Of a stretch of 64,000 bases of DNA, positions 23,071 to 36,221 are shown in pieces. The stretch lies in contig NC_083236.1 in NCBI RefSeq assembly GCF_032191835.1, forward strand, positions 47,182,001 to 47,246,000, written 5' to 3'. The DNA is from Heteronotia binoei. Its lineage: Eukaryota. Within the stretch, counting starts at the first letter, position 1. The number at the start of each line of letters is the position of its first letter. Position numbers and translations under genes: made by a program. Below the pieces are notes generated by a model that worked only from the letters and a program-made list of their open reading frames with translations, did no database searches and was not told where the DNA came from.

Positions 23071-25209
23071 ATGGTACTTAGGAAACCAATGGGATCTGAC
23101 CCTAGGTCAGTCATTCTCTTTCATCTTAACCTGCTTCATAGGATAAAATGGAGGAGAGAACCACGCCCTTCCCTGAGCACACTGGAGGAATGCCATGATT
23201 AAAAAAACAACATAAACAATGTGCAGAGCATAGGGACTGTATTTAGGCAGATGGCCAATGTACTGGATTTGCCCATTCAGGTCTGAGGTTCATGGATCAC
23301 GATGGTGGACCCTGGAGAGCTACTTCCAGTCAGAGCAGACAATGCTAAACTAGAGGACTAAGTAAAGAACAGTTGTGCCAGTTGCTGCTGACCCAGTAAG
23401 AGCAATGTCTGGAAGTTGTAAGAGCTATCAGGTCCCATGAGGACTGTACCATTGCAGTCCTTTGTAATCCCATCCTTTGTGGATAATCCTGGATTTGGAC
23501 AGGTGGTGGAGCTGTTGTAGTGACAAAGCAGTTTCAAGCAAAGACGCCTTCCTAAGGAAGACTAGCACACTCAAGCTAAGAGCTCAGGCACTTGCTAGTC
23601 TTCAAGCGGTGGCTGCTGCCTAGAATTCTTAGAAGGTGGCAGGAGCTTCCCCTTTCCTACAATGAAAGGAGTGTAAAAGAGAACTGGAGGAGGTACAGCA
23701 AGAAAAACAGACAGACAATAGGAAACACATCAGCAGGCACTAACATCCAGCCTGATTACAAGTTTGTGTAAACGTGAAAACTTCCTGGGGACAAATTCCA
23801 GAGGGGTAGTCATGATAGTAAAACAGGTGTCTTGTGACACCTTGAAGATGAACAGGTTTCCTGTGGCTTCAGCAAATTACAAAACACTTCACACAGTTGA
23901 CAAAGGATGTGAACGCCAACAAATGCTTCTGCCCACAAGAAAGTAGTCTATTTGTCTCCCTGGTGCCAAAGAAAGAACATAGCTACCCCTCTGCTATTTG
24001 AAAAAGATTAAGGAATTCTAGAATCTAGGTCTCTTCTCCCATGATAGGTAAATACAGTTTATATAAGGTTGTCTGTTTTTAAAAATCTGACACTATTCCA
24101 GTGCCTTTAACTGCTGCATGACAGGCTGAAATTCAACCAGCACAGCACATACTTCTTCAGTCTTCTCCAGTCATGCACAGAAATAAAAGACACAAGAAGA
24201 GCTTTGCCAGAAGAAATGTTTTTTTAAAAACTTGGTGACAGAATCCTAGGCTCCCAATTGCAAAACTTTAGATATCAAGGGCCAAGAGGAAGACAGACGC
24301 TTAGTTCACCCTACCCACAGGAACAGGTAGTCTGTTGTAGCAAAAATAGATAGAAATCTAGTATCACCTTGAAGACTACCTAAATTTTATTCCATCATAA
24401 ATTTTCATGGTAGTGGACTCTAATCCCATGTTTGGACAGGCATAAAATCTTACCAGTCTTTAAGGTGCTATTAGAATCCTATTCCTTTTAGAGCAGCCTG
24501 ATTGTTTTGCACCTCGTCTACTTGGAAGGCTAGAATAAGTTCAAACGTACACACTCTAGAGAGACAGCTGTATTGGTCTGTTGCAACCCAAACCACCACC
24601 AGCACTTTGGGGTAGAAATCCAGGACTCCAGCTCATGGGCTCAGCAGAGGGATATGTTCCAAAGTAGCCTGCAACTTTGTATCTTAAGCATACATTACCA
24701 TCTGAAGCCCAGTTCCAAAACTAGGAAGGCCAGAGTCTTAAATTATGTAACTGCACCGCTGAAAGCCAATTCGTTTTAAAAAGGGAGGCTTGCATCATCT
24801 TAAAAGCAGACAGATTTGCTGTGCCAGCTGACAAAGCAAGTTCAAGCCCAGGAAAGTTTGTGGTATTATAAGGCAGCAATCTGGGAAGGGAGAACTGGCT
24901 ACAGGGTAGCTATGATAGAACTCAGTGGGCTTCCTACCCCTCAAACATGCCTCAGGCTGTTTATTCTGCTACTCTTGCAAAATGTCACAAGACACTTCTG
25001 GCATGTGTTCTTTTATGAGTTTTCAGGCCATCCTGCTAACAGTACACAGTGGTGTGCAGGACTCAATAAAAGACGGGAGGGATGAAATGTCCTGTTTTGC
25101 AGGACTGGTGAGCTTTGTCCAAATTTCTGGGCCTTGCTTCTGTCCAACCAAATCAGCTGAGGAGGCCGGTCTCCTGAGCAGCCACAGAGTACCTAGGAAG
25201 CTACCTCTA

Positions 25210-25440
25210 GGGAGCCAGCATGGTGTAGTGGTTAAAAATGGCAGACTGTAATCTGGAGAACCAGGTTTGAACCCCCACTTTTCCACAGGAAGCCTGCTGG
25301 GTGACCTTGGGTCAATCAGTGTTTTCCAAACTCTCTCAGCCTCAGCTACCTCACAAGGTGCCTGTTGTGGGGAGAGGAAGGGATAGCAATTGTAGGCTGC
25401 TTAGAGACCCCTTAAGGTAGTGAAAAGAGAGGTATAAACA
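25210..25440 (+). mobile_element. tRNA-derived SINE (older Squam3-like copy)
   Basis: agccagcatggtgtagtggttaa...ccaggtttgaacccc...ctacctcacaaggtgcctgttgtgggg. Confidence 0.65.
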
Positions 25441-26457
25441 CCAAGTTTTCTTCCATCTGTAGTTGAAAGAAGAGCTGCTCAAATAATTGGGCTGTCTGAA
25501 GATGAAGAGCCAACGGACAGGAGACTAAGAATCCTGAAAAATTTGCCATCCAGACAGCACCTGCATAGCGCTCAGGGAGAGTTGCATTTCTATTTATATT
25601 ACAGCCACTATACATGGATTTGCACCTAGGAATGTAAATTAATAAATGCATGTTCTCTCCCCTTTTGAGGATTCTTCTCCTTTCGTCATCTAGGAATTGC
25701 GCATCCCAGTTAGTCTGAAACAGTAGACTAAGACAGGAACTCTCTCTCTGTTAATACCAACATTTATTCCCACATAAACTTTTGTGGACTAGAGGCTCAC
25801 TTCATGAAAGTTTTGTGCTGGAACAGATGGCACTCATCTGTAGTCAGGTGCCATTAGGCCACGGGTGGCTGAACTTGCTTAACAGAAGAGCTGCATAAAA
25901 TAAACATCAGACGTTTGAGAGCTGCAAGACATGAACGTCAGATGTTTGAAGGAGGGAAAGAAGGCAAATAGATGGGGAGGGAGGGGGAGGGAGAAAGAAA
26001 GCAATTTTAATTTTAATGCATTCTCCAAGCTGCCCCACTGACTTGGCGAAGTGATGTAAAGAGAGAAATGCCTTTTCCAAGCTGGCTGATGGGGTGGTTG
26101 GGGCTTGGAGAGCCACAAAATATGTGTGAAAGAGCCACATGTGGCTCTTCAGCTGCAGTTTGGCCACCCTTGCACTGGACTTGTTTTATTCCCTTAGTAA
26201 GTCAAGATGGAGGGAGCCCAAGGGGGGTGTGTGTGAGGTAGAGAGTGTGTAGTCTTGGGGGGCATGGGGGAAGAAGGCACCTCCCCCACTCCTCATCCCA
26301 GGCTCCTTGCAGGGTTGCCAGGTCCTCCCTGAACTTGTAATGGAAGAGAAAGGGTTGCCAGATCCAGGTGGAAAAACGCCCGGTTATCTGGGGATGGAAC
26401 TGGGGGAGGAGCTGGGACCTCAGTGGGGTACAGTGCCCTAGAGTCCATCCTCCAAAG

Positions 26458-26759
26458 CAGAGGTGTCAAGCTCATTTGTTATGAGGGCCCGACCCTGTCG
26501 GGCTGGGTTACATGTGTCATAAAATGTAATGCCAGGTAGCGGAGACAAACTTTAAAAAGGAAACAGACATGCACAATTAAAGATTTTTAAAAAATCTTTA
26601 AATGAAACATGCTTAAAAGATTGGCACTCTTGCAATATTTTATTTAGCAGTCTGATAACAGAAAGAAGAGAGACGGTGAAGGAAGCAGACTTGCTCGCAG
26701 GCCTGATAGGAGCCCTCTGGGGGCCTGATTCGGGCGGTGCTGCATGTTCCACACCCCTG
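26458..26759. mobile_element. hAT-family MITE with 8-bp TSD
   Basis: CTCCAAAG is present on both sides (26450-26457 and 26760-26767); termini cagaggtgtcaa / ttccacacccctg. Confidence 0.8.
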
Positions 26760-26882
26760 CTCCAAAGCATCCCTTTCTCCAGGGAAACTGATCTCTGAAG
26801 CCTGGAGATGAGCAGTAATTCCGGGGGGTTCCCCCTCCTCGCTCACACCTGGAGGCCGGCCTCCTCCCCACCCCCTACTCAC

Positions 26883-27650
26883 CTGGCAGGCGGTGACCTC
26901 CACCTGGTCGTGGGAGGCGGTCGGCGGGCCTTGCCCGAGGCAGCAGAGATAGAAGGCGGTGTCGTAGCGCCTGCCGCGGCCCACGGGGGTGAGCCAGTTG
27001 CTCCACTCGTGCAGCGCCCAAATGTTGGGCACGCAGCGCAGGTGCCGGCAGAGCTGCAAGAAGCAGGCCGGCTGCCGCTGCACCCGCCGCCGCCACTCGG
27101 CCAGCTCGGGGGCCGGCGGGAGGCGCTCGGCGGGCAGCAAGCGAGCCGGGCCCCCGTCGGGCCGCCCTCCCTCCTCGGCGGGCACCAGCAAGAGGACGCC
27201 GGCCTCCTCGAAGGTCTCCCGGATGGCGCAGATGCGGAAGGCCACGTCGCCCGGCAGCGCCGCCGAGCCCAGCTCGGGCCGCTCGGCCACGAAGAGAGGC
27301 GCCCGCGGCCCGCCCGCCTTCACGGGGCCCAGCCCGCAGCGCGGCGGCTCCGGCAGCAGCTTCAGCCACTCGGCCGAGAAGTCGGCCGCGTCCACCACGC
27401 CGCCCGGGAAGACTTGGGCGCTGGGCATGAAGGCGCTGCGAGGGCTCCGCCGCAGCAGCAGCACTTGGTAGTCGAAGGACGGCGAGGCGCCGCCGGGAGG
27501 CCGGGCCCAAGCCCCGCCGACGCCGCCGGCAGTCAGGAGCACCGTGGCCGCTTCCCGCCAATGCCGCAGCCGCGAGGTCATGCCGGGGAAGTCGTCGAGC
27601 TGCTGCTGCTGCCCTTGCCCGTGGGAAGGTGAGTCCGAGGTCGGGCGCAT
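26883..27650 (-). CDS. NUDT19: NUDT19 exon 1 (acyl-CoA diphosphatase, Nudix hydrolase)
   Basis: WREAATVLL, VLLLRRS, VFPGG...AFRICAIRETFEEAG (split Nudix box), WSNWLTP, RRYDTAF; donor ccag|gtgagt at 26882; a second ATG at 27581 aligns with the mammalian start. Confidence 0.95.
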
Positions 27651-27824
27651 GGCCTTCTCCCCCTCAGCCGCCGCCTCGCCCTGAGGCCGTTTCAGTCGCC
27701 ACCCAGCGGCCCTGGAATGGATTCTGAGGCAAACGGGAGGGCGGGGAGGAGGCGGTGGAGACGACGGCCTATGAGGGGAAAGCGGGAGGAGGGAAAAGGG
27801 CCCGGCTTCTACCAGACGTCCTCC

Positions 27825-28015
27825 CTCCTGGCTTTGACGGCAAAGGGGTGGTTAACATGAGGTGCTGGAGCTCAGGCGCACAACTACCCGTCTTGTTGCC
27901 TCTTAGGGAAAAGGTGTAAGATGGGGAGGAGGGGCGTTCCGGGGCAACCTATATGGCCTCCTGGATTTGACGGGTAATAGGGTGAGAAGGGTGCTGGGGC
28001 TCAGGTTCACACAAC
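27825..28015. repeat. Degenerate ~65-72 bp minisatellite, proximal part
   Basis: Units of cctggatttgac...aaaggggt...gaggtgctggggctcagg; the same units resume at 36898. Confidence 0.65.
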
Positions 28016-28017
28016 TC

Positions 28018-28200
28018 GTGTTCCCTCTAAGCTGAGTTAGCATGAGCTAGCTCACAGATTTTTAGCCTCACACATTTTTGTCTTAGCTCAGGAAGGATGA
28101 CCCCAGAGCACAAAAAAATTTATGCAGTAGCTCACAGCTTTGAGACCAGTAGCTCACAAAGTAGAATTTTTGCTCACAAGACTCTGCAGCTTAGAGGGAA
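28018..28200 (+). mobile_element. MITE with gtgttccctctaagctg termini; its right terminus is split by DIRS copy B (remainder cattg at 36893-36897)
   Basis: Left end gtgttccctctaagctg; right end cagcttagagggaa|cattg; related copies at 36957-37148 (reverse) and 63656-63790. Confidence 0.75.
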
Positions 28201-28550
28201 AACAGGGTTGCACTTACCTGTAACTGTTGTTCATCCACGTCTTCTGTGCAGACACACATTGGGACTGCACAAGCGCAGGCCAGCTAAGGAGATTGATTTT
28301 TCTAGCTCAATTTTTTTTTCTAGAACTAGGGCGGTCCGCTTAGAGCACCACAGAGCATGCGCAGATATTTGTGCCAAATTTCCCCTTTATAAACGTGTAC
28401 CGCTTCTCATTGCCTCAGTTCCAAAAACCGCCGCCGCGAGCTCTATGGTATCACCTTATAACCAAATAATCTTTAATAAAAAGTATCATGAGAGCTCACA
28501 GTGGGGCAGGAGGGAGGGAATGGGTATCTGCACAGAAGACATTGATGAAC

Positions 28551-29520
28551 TATTGTTTTAGAATACCTTTTATTCCTGGCTCAGTCAGGTTTGTCAGTGG
28601 CCTCAATTAAGGTCCATCTTGCTGCCATCTCCGCATTTCATGATTATGTTGGAGGACACTCTGTTTTTTCACATGGCCTCACAAAACAGTTTATGAAGGG
28701 TTTGCTTAATTTGTTTTCACCTAAACCTAGATTGGTGCCTCAATGGTCTCTCTCTCTAGTATTATCGGTGCTTATGAGGGAACCATTTGAGCTCTTATAC
28801 GCCTCTCTTTTGTCTTACCTTACCTGGAAACTGACACTTTTGTTGGCTGTCACTTCTTTACGAAGGGTGTGTGAGCTGTCTGTCCTTAGGGCGGATGCCC
28901 CCTTCCTAAAAAAATTTGAGGGTAAGGTGGTTCTGCACCCCTGTCTATAATTTCTTCCTAAGATAGTTACCAGGTTTCATTTACAGCAGGATATAACCCT
29001 ACCAGTTTTCTTTCCAAATCCTGCTACCCCAGCTGAAAAAGCTTTACACAGTTTAGACTTAAAACGGATATTGTTTTATTGTATAGACAGGACAAAATCC
29101 TTCCGTAGATCTGAGCATCTCTTGGTATGCTATTGTGGCCCTAGAAAGGGCCACAGACTATTTCTAGGTGGGTAGTTTCTGCAATTCAGACTTGTTATAG
29201 AACCAGTGGTCTACCATGCCCTGTTGATCTGTGAGCGCATTCTACTAGAGCCCAAGGTTCATCTGCTGCTTATCAACATACTTTGCCACTGTCTGACATC
29301 TGTAAGTCAGCAACTTGGTCATTGGAAGACACCTTCATCAAGCATTACGCACTCAACATGCAGGAGAGTAGAGATGCAGAAGTTGGAAGAGCTGTTCTGC
29401 ATTCTATTTTCACTGAGTTCAACCCTCCACCACTGTAAGGTAAGAAGTGTGGGAAGTGTCCCAATGTGGGGCTGCACAGCAAGATGGATGATGAAAGCAG
29501 GGTTGCACTTACCTGTAACT
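28551..29520 (+). pseudogene. Inverted segment of copy B: tyrosine recombinase remnant plus half of the ICR
   Basis: Plus strand IVLEYLLFLAQSGLSVASIKVHLAAISAFH...TSLRRVCEL...AHSTR continues the minus-strand ...PFTCDLST at 29521; ICR half at 29460-29520. Confidence 0.9.
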
Positions 29521-29543
29521 GTTGATAAGTCACAAGTAAAAGG

Positions 29544-31528
29544 TCAAGCTTCTTTATTAGACATCCAGCTTTGAAAACGAACCCATTTTCTATAGTAAGA
29601 GGCTCTAGTGGAAGGCCTCCTAGACTCAAGCAGTACCTGTAGGACCTCTTCTGATAGGGAACTAGGTATTAACCTATCCTTCATGCTGTGAGATGCAGTG
29701 TCTGAACACTGGGGTAGTACTCTGAACCCCAAAGCAACAGATCTGGTACATTGGGGAGATGTAGATATCTGCCCTTCGCCAACCTGAGTAGCTATGGAAA
29801 CCAAATTTGTCTTGACCAAAATGGGGCCACTAAAATGGCACTGGTACCTTCGGTCTTCATTTTGCCAATAACTCTGGTGACCAACGGGAAAGGTGGGAAA
29901 GCATAATAAAGATGGTTGACCCATTGAAACTGGAATGCGCCCCCTATGGATTGTGGGTCCAGACCTCCCCATGAACAAAACATCTATACTTTGTCTGAGA
30001 GTGCGATGGCAAACAGGTCTACTGTAGGGGTCCCCCATAACTGGAACATGGGCTGAATGCACTGATGCTGTAGGGACCATTCGTATGCCTGCAAAACTTT
30101 CCTGCTCAGTCGGTCGGCCTGAATATTCAGGGAACCAGGAATGTGTATCGCCCTCAGAGAAATATTGAATCTGGCTGCAATGTCCCATATCTCCTGTGCC
30201 TCCCTGCAAAGGAACCATGAACCTGTTCCCCCATGTTTGTTGACATAGAACATTGTGGTGGTGTTGCCTGTCTGTAGCAACACCCGTTGGTCCTTGAGGC
30301 AATCTGAGAATGCAGTTAAGGCTAGTTTTACTGTACGTAATTCCAATACATTTATGTGCAACTTACAATGGGACTGTGGCCATTTCACTTGAACTTCTTT
30401 ACCAGCACAATGTGCTCCTCATCCCAGAAGGGAGGCATCTGTAGTAATAGTTACATCAGGAGACCAGTAACCAAAGGGCATGCCTGCAAACAAGTTACTG
30501 TCATCCTCCCACCATGATAAATCTCTGATCAGTGTCCTTGGAATCGATAAGCAGTGTGCTGGACTGTGTACTTGAGGGTTATAACGCCTGAGGAACCAAA
30601 GCTGAAATTCTCTCATCTGCCAACGAGCGTAAGGGACTACTGCTGTCATTGCTGACAATAAACTCAGAAAATGTTGGATGGCACATATTGATTGAAAATG
30701 CTGCTTTCTGAAAGAGGCAACGGTAGCTTTAATAGACCTGCCTCTATCTGCAGGTAAAATTGCCTTTCCCTCAATGAAATCTAAGGTGGCACCTATGAAC
30801 TGAACCCTCTGTGAGGGCTGCAAGTGAGATTTCTCAAGGTTCAAAAGACCTAAAGAAGTGCAACAAGCCTGCACCTGTTGTTTTAGCAGAATAGGATCCT
30901 CATTAGCTAGGAGCCAATCATCTAAATATGGGAAAATCCCCATACCTAGGGAACGTAAATGAGCCATAACAGCAGCAATGCATTTAGTGAATGTCCTAGG
31001 AGCAGTAGCCAGGCCAAAGGGAAGTACTGTGTAGCAATACACATGGGTACCCTGCCTGAAAGATAAATAACGTCTATGTGCTTCATGTATAGAGAAATGA
31101 AAATAGGCATCTTTCAGGTCTGACACCACAAACTAGACCTGCTTTGTAAGGAGCTCTAAAATAGAGGGCAAAGAAGCCATTTTGAACCTCTGAATATACA
31201 GATAAACATTTAATTGACGTAAATCCAAGATAGGCCTACGGCCACCATCCTTTTTATCTATAAGGAAAAAATGTGAATAAAAACCCAGGGTATTTAAGCC
31301 TTCAGGGGATTCTTCTACTACTCCTTTATGCAACGATTCTGTCAACTGGACAGACAATTCAGGGAGATAATTATCTGGAGCTGAACTGCCCTTGGAAAGT
31401 GGGGACAATGACGCAAACTCTAACTTATAGCCCTCTAAAACAACTGATAACACCCACGAATCAGTGGTTATAGAACACCATTTTGCATAAAAGTGGGACA
31501 AACGATTATAAAACCCTGAATGTCCCAT
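29544..31528 (-). pseudogene. Copy B ORF2 remnant (RT, RNase H, MT)
   Basis: LKDAYFH, LPFGLATAP, YLDD, TDAS, ADRLSR, YAFPPF in several broken frames. Confidence 0.88.
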
Positions 31529-32885
31529 GGCCCCAGTTGGTTGTAGTCACATATTAGGGGGCTGTGGATGTTGATTACTGGCTTTCTTCAGTTGTGGAGG
31601 GACACAGCCTCTGCGTCTGCCATAAGGTGGGTTCTGCATCTGTTAGTGGTATTGGTATTGACGAGGAGGATACTGGTAGGGCTGGTAATATGGCCTTCGT
31701 TGTCGATAAAATGTTGACTGGTAAGGAGGACGTTGAGGTGCACGTTGAGTGTTCTGTGAGGAAGCTTCATATACACTCAAGGAACGGGCCGTTTGTCTGC
31801 TTTTCTTTATATCGGAAAGGGATTCATCTGTGTTCTTGGCAAAAAGAGAATTATTTTCAAAAGGTCAGTCCTCTACCAATGCTCTTGTATCTAATGGAAG
31901 AATGGTGCTTCTCAACCAGGAGTGTTGCCTCAAAAGTATAGAGGATGCCATGCCTCTGGCTCGAACCTCTGCCGAGCGCTTGCCAACACTTATTTGCTGT
32001 TTGGACAGACAGATTGCTTCTGACTGAATTACTTTAGCCAACTCCTTGGTCTCTTCTGGGAGCAGATTGATATACTTTTCCAGGCTTTTCCAGAGAAAGA
32101 GCTGGTAGCCTCCCATAATTATTTCATAGTTAGCAATTTTAAAATTGAGAGCTGAGGAAGAATAAAACTTCCTTCCCAAAATGTCCAGCCTACAACCCTC
32201 ACGATCTATAGGTGCTATGTGTTTCCCAGGATGCCTTTGAGACTGCATTCCTTCAATAACACAGAAGATGCTATGGGGTGAGAGAGCAAATATTCAGCCC
32301 CTTCAGGTTTTACTCTGTATAAATTCTCCCTAGGTGTAGATTGCATGGAAGCTGGTGTTTTCCAAATAGGGATGGTGAGTTCTTCAACTCCTTCTAAAAT
32401 AGGGAAGGCAATTGTAGTTGGAGACTCAGCATGCAGGCGGGCAAGAATTTTGTCCTTTGGCCTAACATCAGAAACAGCAACATCAAGCTCTAAAGCTCTA
32501 GCCATTCTCACCATGTGTTCACTGAATAGTCTATAATCTTCAGTGGATGAAAGATTCCGAGTGTCAGCCAGAGAGTCGTCAGGTGAGGGCGCTGTCCCCC
32601 TTGTTGAACTCTCTTGAGAAGAAGTTGACAATACATCTACATCACTGCCCTGGGGGTGGAAGTGTGGTGCAGATCTGTAAGGATCAACCTCGCGTGGGGC
32701 TGGTCTGTAGTCAAAATATCTCTGTAAGATAGGCATATGCCTGACATCAGAATCATAGGGCTCCTCTGCCCAGTCATCAAACACTGGTTCCATAAGCTCA
32801 AAGTCAATGCCTTGGTAACCCGGAATGGACTGATTTGCTTCATTAGGAAGTTGCAACGGTTCAATCTGCTGTAACCCCACTGGAG

Positions 32886-35800
32886 AATTGTCCATTTGCA
32901 CCTGCACCTTCTTCTTCTGTAACATATCTGAGAAAGTTGTTAAAGCCAACTTAATTGCTCTTAATGCCAATAAATTGATGTGATAGCCAGAATGTGACCG
33001 TGGCCATGTATCCTGCACTTGAATACGTTCACAGTGTGCACCCTAGCCCACCCTTGAGGCATCCGTCATCAACACTACCTCAGGTGACCATGGCCCAAAT
33101 TCAACTCCTTCAAATAAATTTAAGTCTGACGTCCACCATTCTAGGGATGTTAAAGCCCTGATGTGGGGAATGCACCCGTATATCAAACCGTCTTATAAAC
33201 CAGTTTTGTAGCTCCCTCATGTGCAACCTAGCAAAGGGAACCACAGCAGTTGTAGACACCATCAAGCCAAGGGCTTGTTGTATCATTTGAACAGACTGAA
33301 AACGTTTCCGTTGGAAGGACCTTACCATCGTCTTTAGACTCAGAGCTCTATCTCTAGGCAAAAAAGCCCTATTCTTTTGTGAATCTAGATATGCCCCAAT
33401 AAACTGGGCTTGCTGTGATGGAATTAAATGTGATTTCTCATAGTATATTATGAGTCCTAACCTAGTGCAAGTGCTCAACACAAACTGTATTTGTTCTTGC
33501 AACCCTTCCCGTGATTCAGCCACCAACAGCCAGTCATCCAAATACGGAAAAATGGTGCAGCCCTTAGTTATAAAATAAGCCATGACAACAGCTATGCATT
33601 TTGTAAAAACACGTGGAGCTGTTGCCACACCAAAAGGTAGCACAGAGTATTGGAAAACGTTCTGTCCCTTTCTAAACCTAAGAAATTTTCTGTGCTCTGG
33701 GTAAATTCCAGTGTGAAAGTATGCATCCTTAAGATCTAAAACACCAAACCAGATTCCTCTGGAAAGGAGTTCTAAGACTGAAGGCAAAGTGACCATATGG
33801 GATCTTTTAATACATAGATGCTCATTTAATGATCTCAGATCTAAAATAGGTCTGCGACCTCCATCTTTCTTGTCAATAACAAAAAACCTAGAATAAAAAT
33901 CTGTGGCTGAAAGACCCTCCTGCACTGCTCCTTTGGTTATCAACTCATCTAGTTGTACTAGCAACTCTGGGAACTGATTATCAAATGCAGTGTACCCCTG
34001 CGAAAGGGTTGGATGGGAGCAAAACTCTAACCTATAACCTGAACTGATCACAGACAGAACCCAGGAATCAGAACAAATTTCCTCCCAGGACTTAACAAAA
34101 TCAAACAAATGATCCAGAAAACATTGCTCCCTCCCCTCTTGCTCCTGCAGAAGTCAGTCTTGACTGCTGCTGCTCCCTCTGCTGGAAGGGGCCTCTTGAC
34201 CTAGGAGCATTACATTTCCTATAGAAGGGAACAGATTGATTATTAAACTGGCGACCAGGATACTGGAAGGGTTGTGGCCAAAAGGACGAGCAGATCTGTA
34301 AAATGGAGAAGAGAACTGCTGTTGTCTCAGTGTATAGTGATATCCCTGCTGATTTCCACCAGAGTAGACACTTAAAGTTCTCGCTGCTTGCTTGCTTTTC
34401 TTAATCTCTGACAAGAATTCATCATTATTCTGTGCAAAGAGAGATGTACGATGGAACGGTAAATCTTCCACCCATCTTCGAGTTTCCAAAGGGTTGTACG
34501 CAGCCATGAGTGACGTCTCAGAACAATGCCTGAAGCCATTGAACTTGCTGCGATTTCTGCTGAGTGCTTTTCAGCACTAATCTGTTGTTTCGATAGGCGA
34601 ATAGCCTCCGAATGAATTACTCTAGCAAGTGATCTGGCCTCAAGAGGGAGCATCTCAGTGTACTTCTGTATGCCTTCCCACAAAAACAATTGGTAGCCTC
34701 CCATAATTGTTTCATAATTGGCTACTCTAAAGTTTAAAGCAGCTGAGGCATATATCTTCTTTCCTATAAAATCTAAACGTCGACCTTCTCTATCTGACGG
34801 AGAATTATGCTGACCTGGCTTGCAGTGCGTTTTCATGCCCTCAATAATGACAGATGAAGCCACAGGATGCTGCACCAGATACTCTGCATTATCAGGCTTT
34901 ACCCTGTACAAATGCTCTAGTTTCCTTGGCGTTGCTTGCATTGACCCAGGAGTCTTCCATATCTGCAATGCCAACTCATCTAAACCCTCCAATATAGGGA
35001 ATGCTATTGTGGTTGGTGACTCTGCTGACAAGCGTGCCAGGATTTATCTTTAGGCCTTGTATCTGAAGCTGCTACATTAATCTCTAAGGCATGCGCCATG
35101 CGTACCATCTGTTCATTATACAACTTAAAAGTCCTCATTAGTTGGAGAAGAAAATACATCTCCCAGCCTCTCATCAGGTGATGGATTCAAATTAACCTCC
35201 AATCTTGAGACGGAAGACTCAAGATCATAATCTCGGTTCCAGTCCTTGGGTACTGGGTAGTTACCCACTGCTGAGAGACTCTCAGTCTCATCTAATGGCC
35301 AGGGTTCCATGCTGCCCACTGATCCAATGCTATATAAGTCACCCACTTGAGTATTTCCAACACCACGGGGTCAAGATCTCTCCTCCACAGGGGCTGTCCC
35401 TGCAGCAAAGCCAGGATCATGATCCGATAAGGGCCCAGGATCTGAAAAGTGTGGAGATGGGGTTCTTGGAACTGACTCCTCCAAAGCCTTACTGGCCAAA
35501 GAAGCAGACTCAACAGCCTTATGCTTGTGCTTAGTCTTTGACTTCTTTAATTTCTTTAGGGGTGGAGGTTCAGACTCTGCTCTAGCTGTCTCCTCCACCC
35601 GTGGCCGTTCATGCCTGCCCCGATTCCCTGCCAACACAGAAGCTGCGCATTTTGGAGGTCTGAACTGCGTTGAAAATGGGACAAAGGGGACTGATCTCAC
35701 AGAGGCAGAACTTGAGGGCCCCTCTATATCAGCACCTGAAGGCTCTTGCCCCTCCTTATCATGGAGTATAGATGAAAACGCTCTCTCCCACAGGGCTGCT

Positions 35801-36221
35801 TTGAGACGCGCTGCCCTATCAGTCTGTGCCTTCGGTGTAAACGCCTGGCAGACGCTACATTTGGGGACATTATATCCCTCCCCCAAACAGATCCGGCAGA
35901 AATCGTGATCATCCGAAGTGGGCATCTTAACATCACACCTAATGCATTTTTTAAATACTGGTTTAGAAGCCATTTCTGAGGAGAAATCTGGAAGAAATTG
36001 ACAACTGAACTAACTCCAACAGCGGCAAAAAAGGAACTGGGGGAATGTGGGCGGTCCGCCGTTGGGGGGAGTCCATTAAACGGGGGTAGTGCAGACGTAG
36101 TCTATTTAATGGCGGACCGCCAGAGATCTGGAAAAATTCTAGGCTTGTCAATCAACCTCTGCAGCAGGCCTGCCTCGCTGCAGTCCCCAATGTGGGGATG
36201 CACAGCAAAACGGACGATGAA
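32886..36221 (-). mobile_element. Nested DIRS (copy C), 3'-truncated, inserted in ORF1 of copy B
   Basis: Its own 5' terminus (ttcatcgtccgttttgctgtgcatcccc) at 36221; ORF1 from 35973; RT at 33110-34108 (YLDD); RNase H ends at QMDN and is fused to the middle of copy B ORF1. Confidence 0.87.

Noticed and set aside
23540-23985. Possible CR1 ORF1 esterase remnant (ICLPGAK)
   Set aside because: Only one short motif with no supporting frame; too weak to call.
26808-27632. Long antisense and alternative-frame ORFs over NUDT19 exon 1
   Set aside because: Shadow ORFs caused by very high GC content at third codon positions; no recognisable domain.
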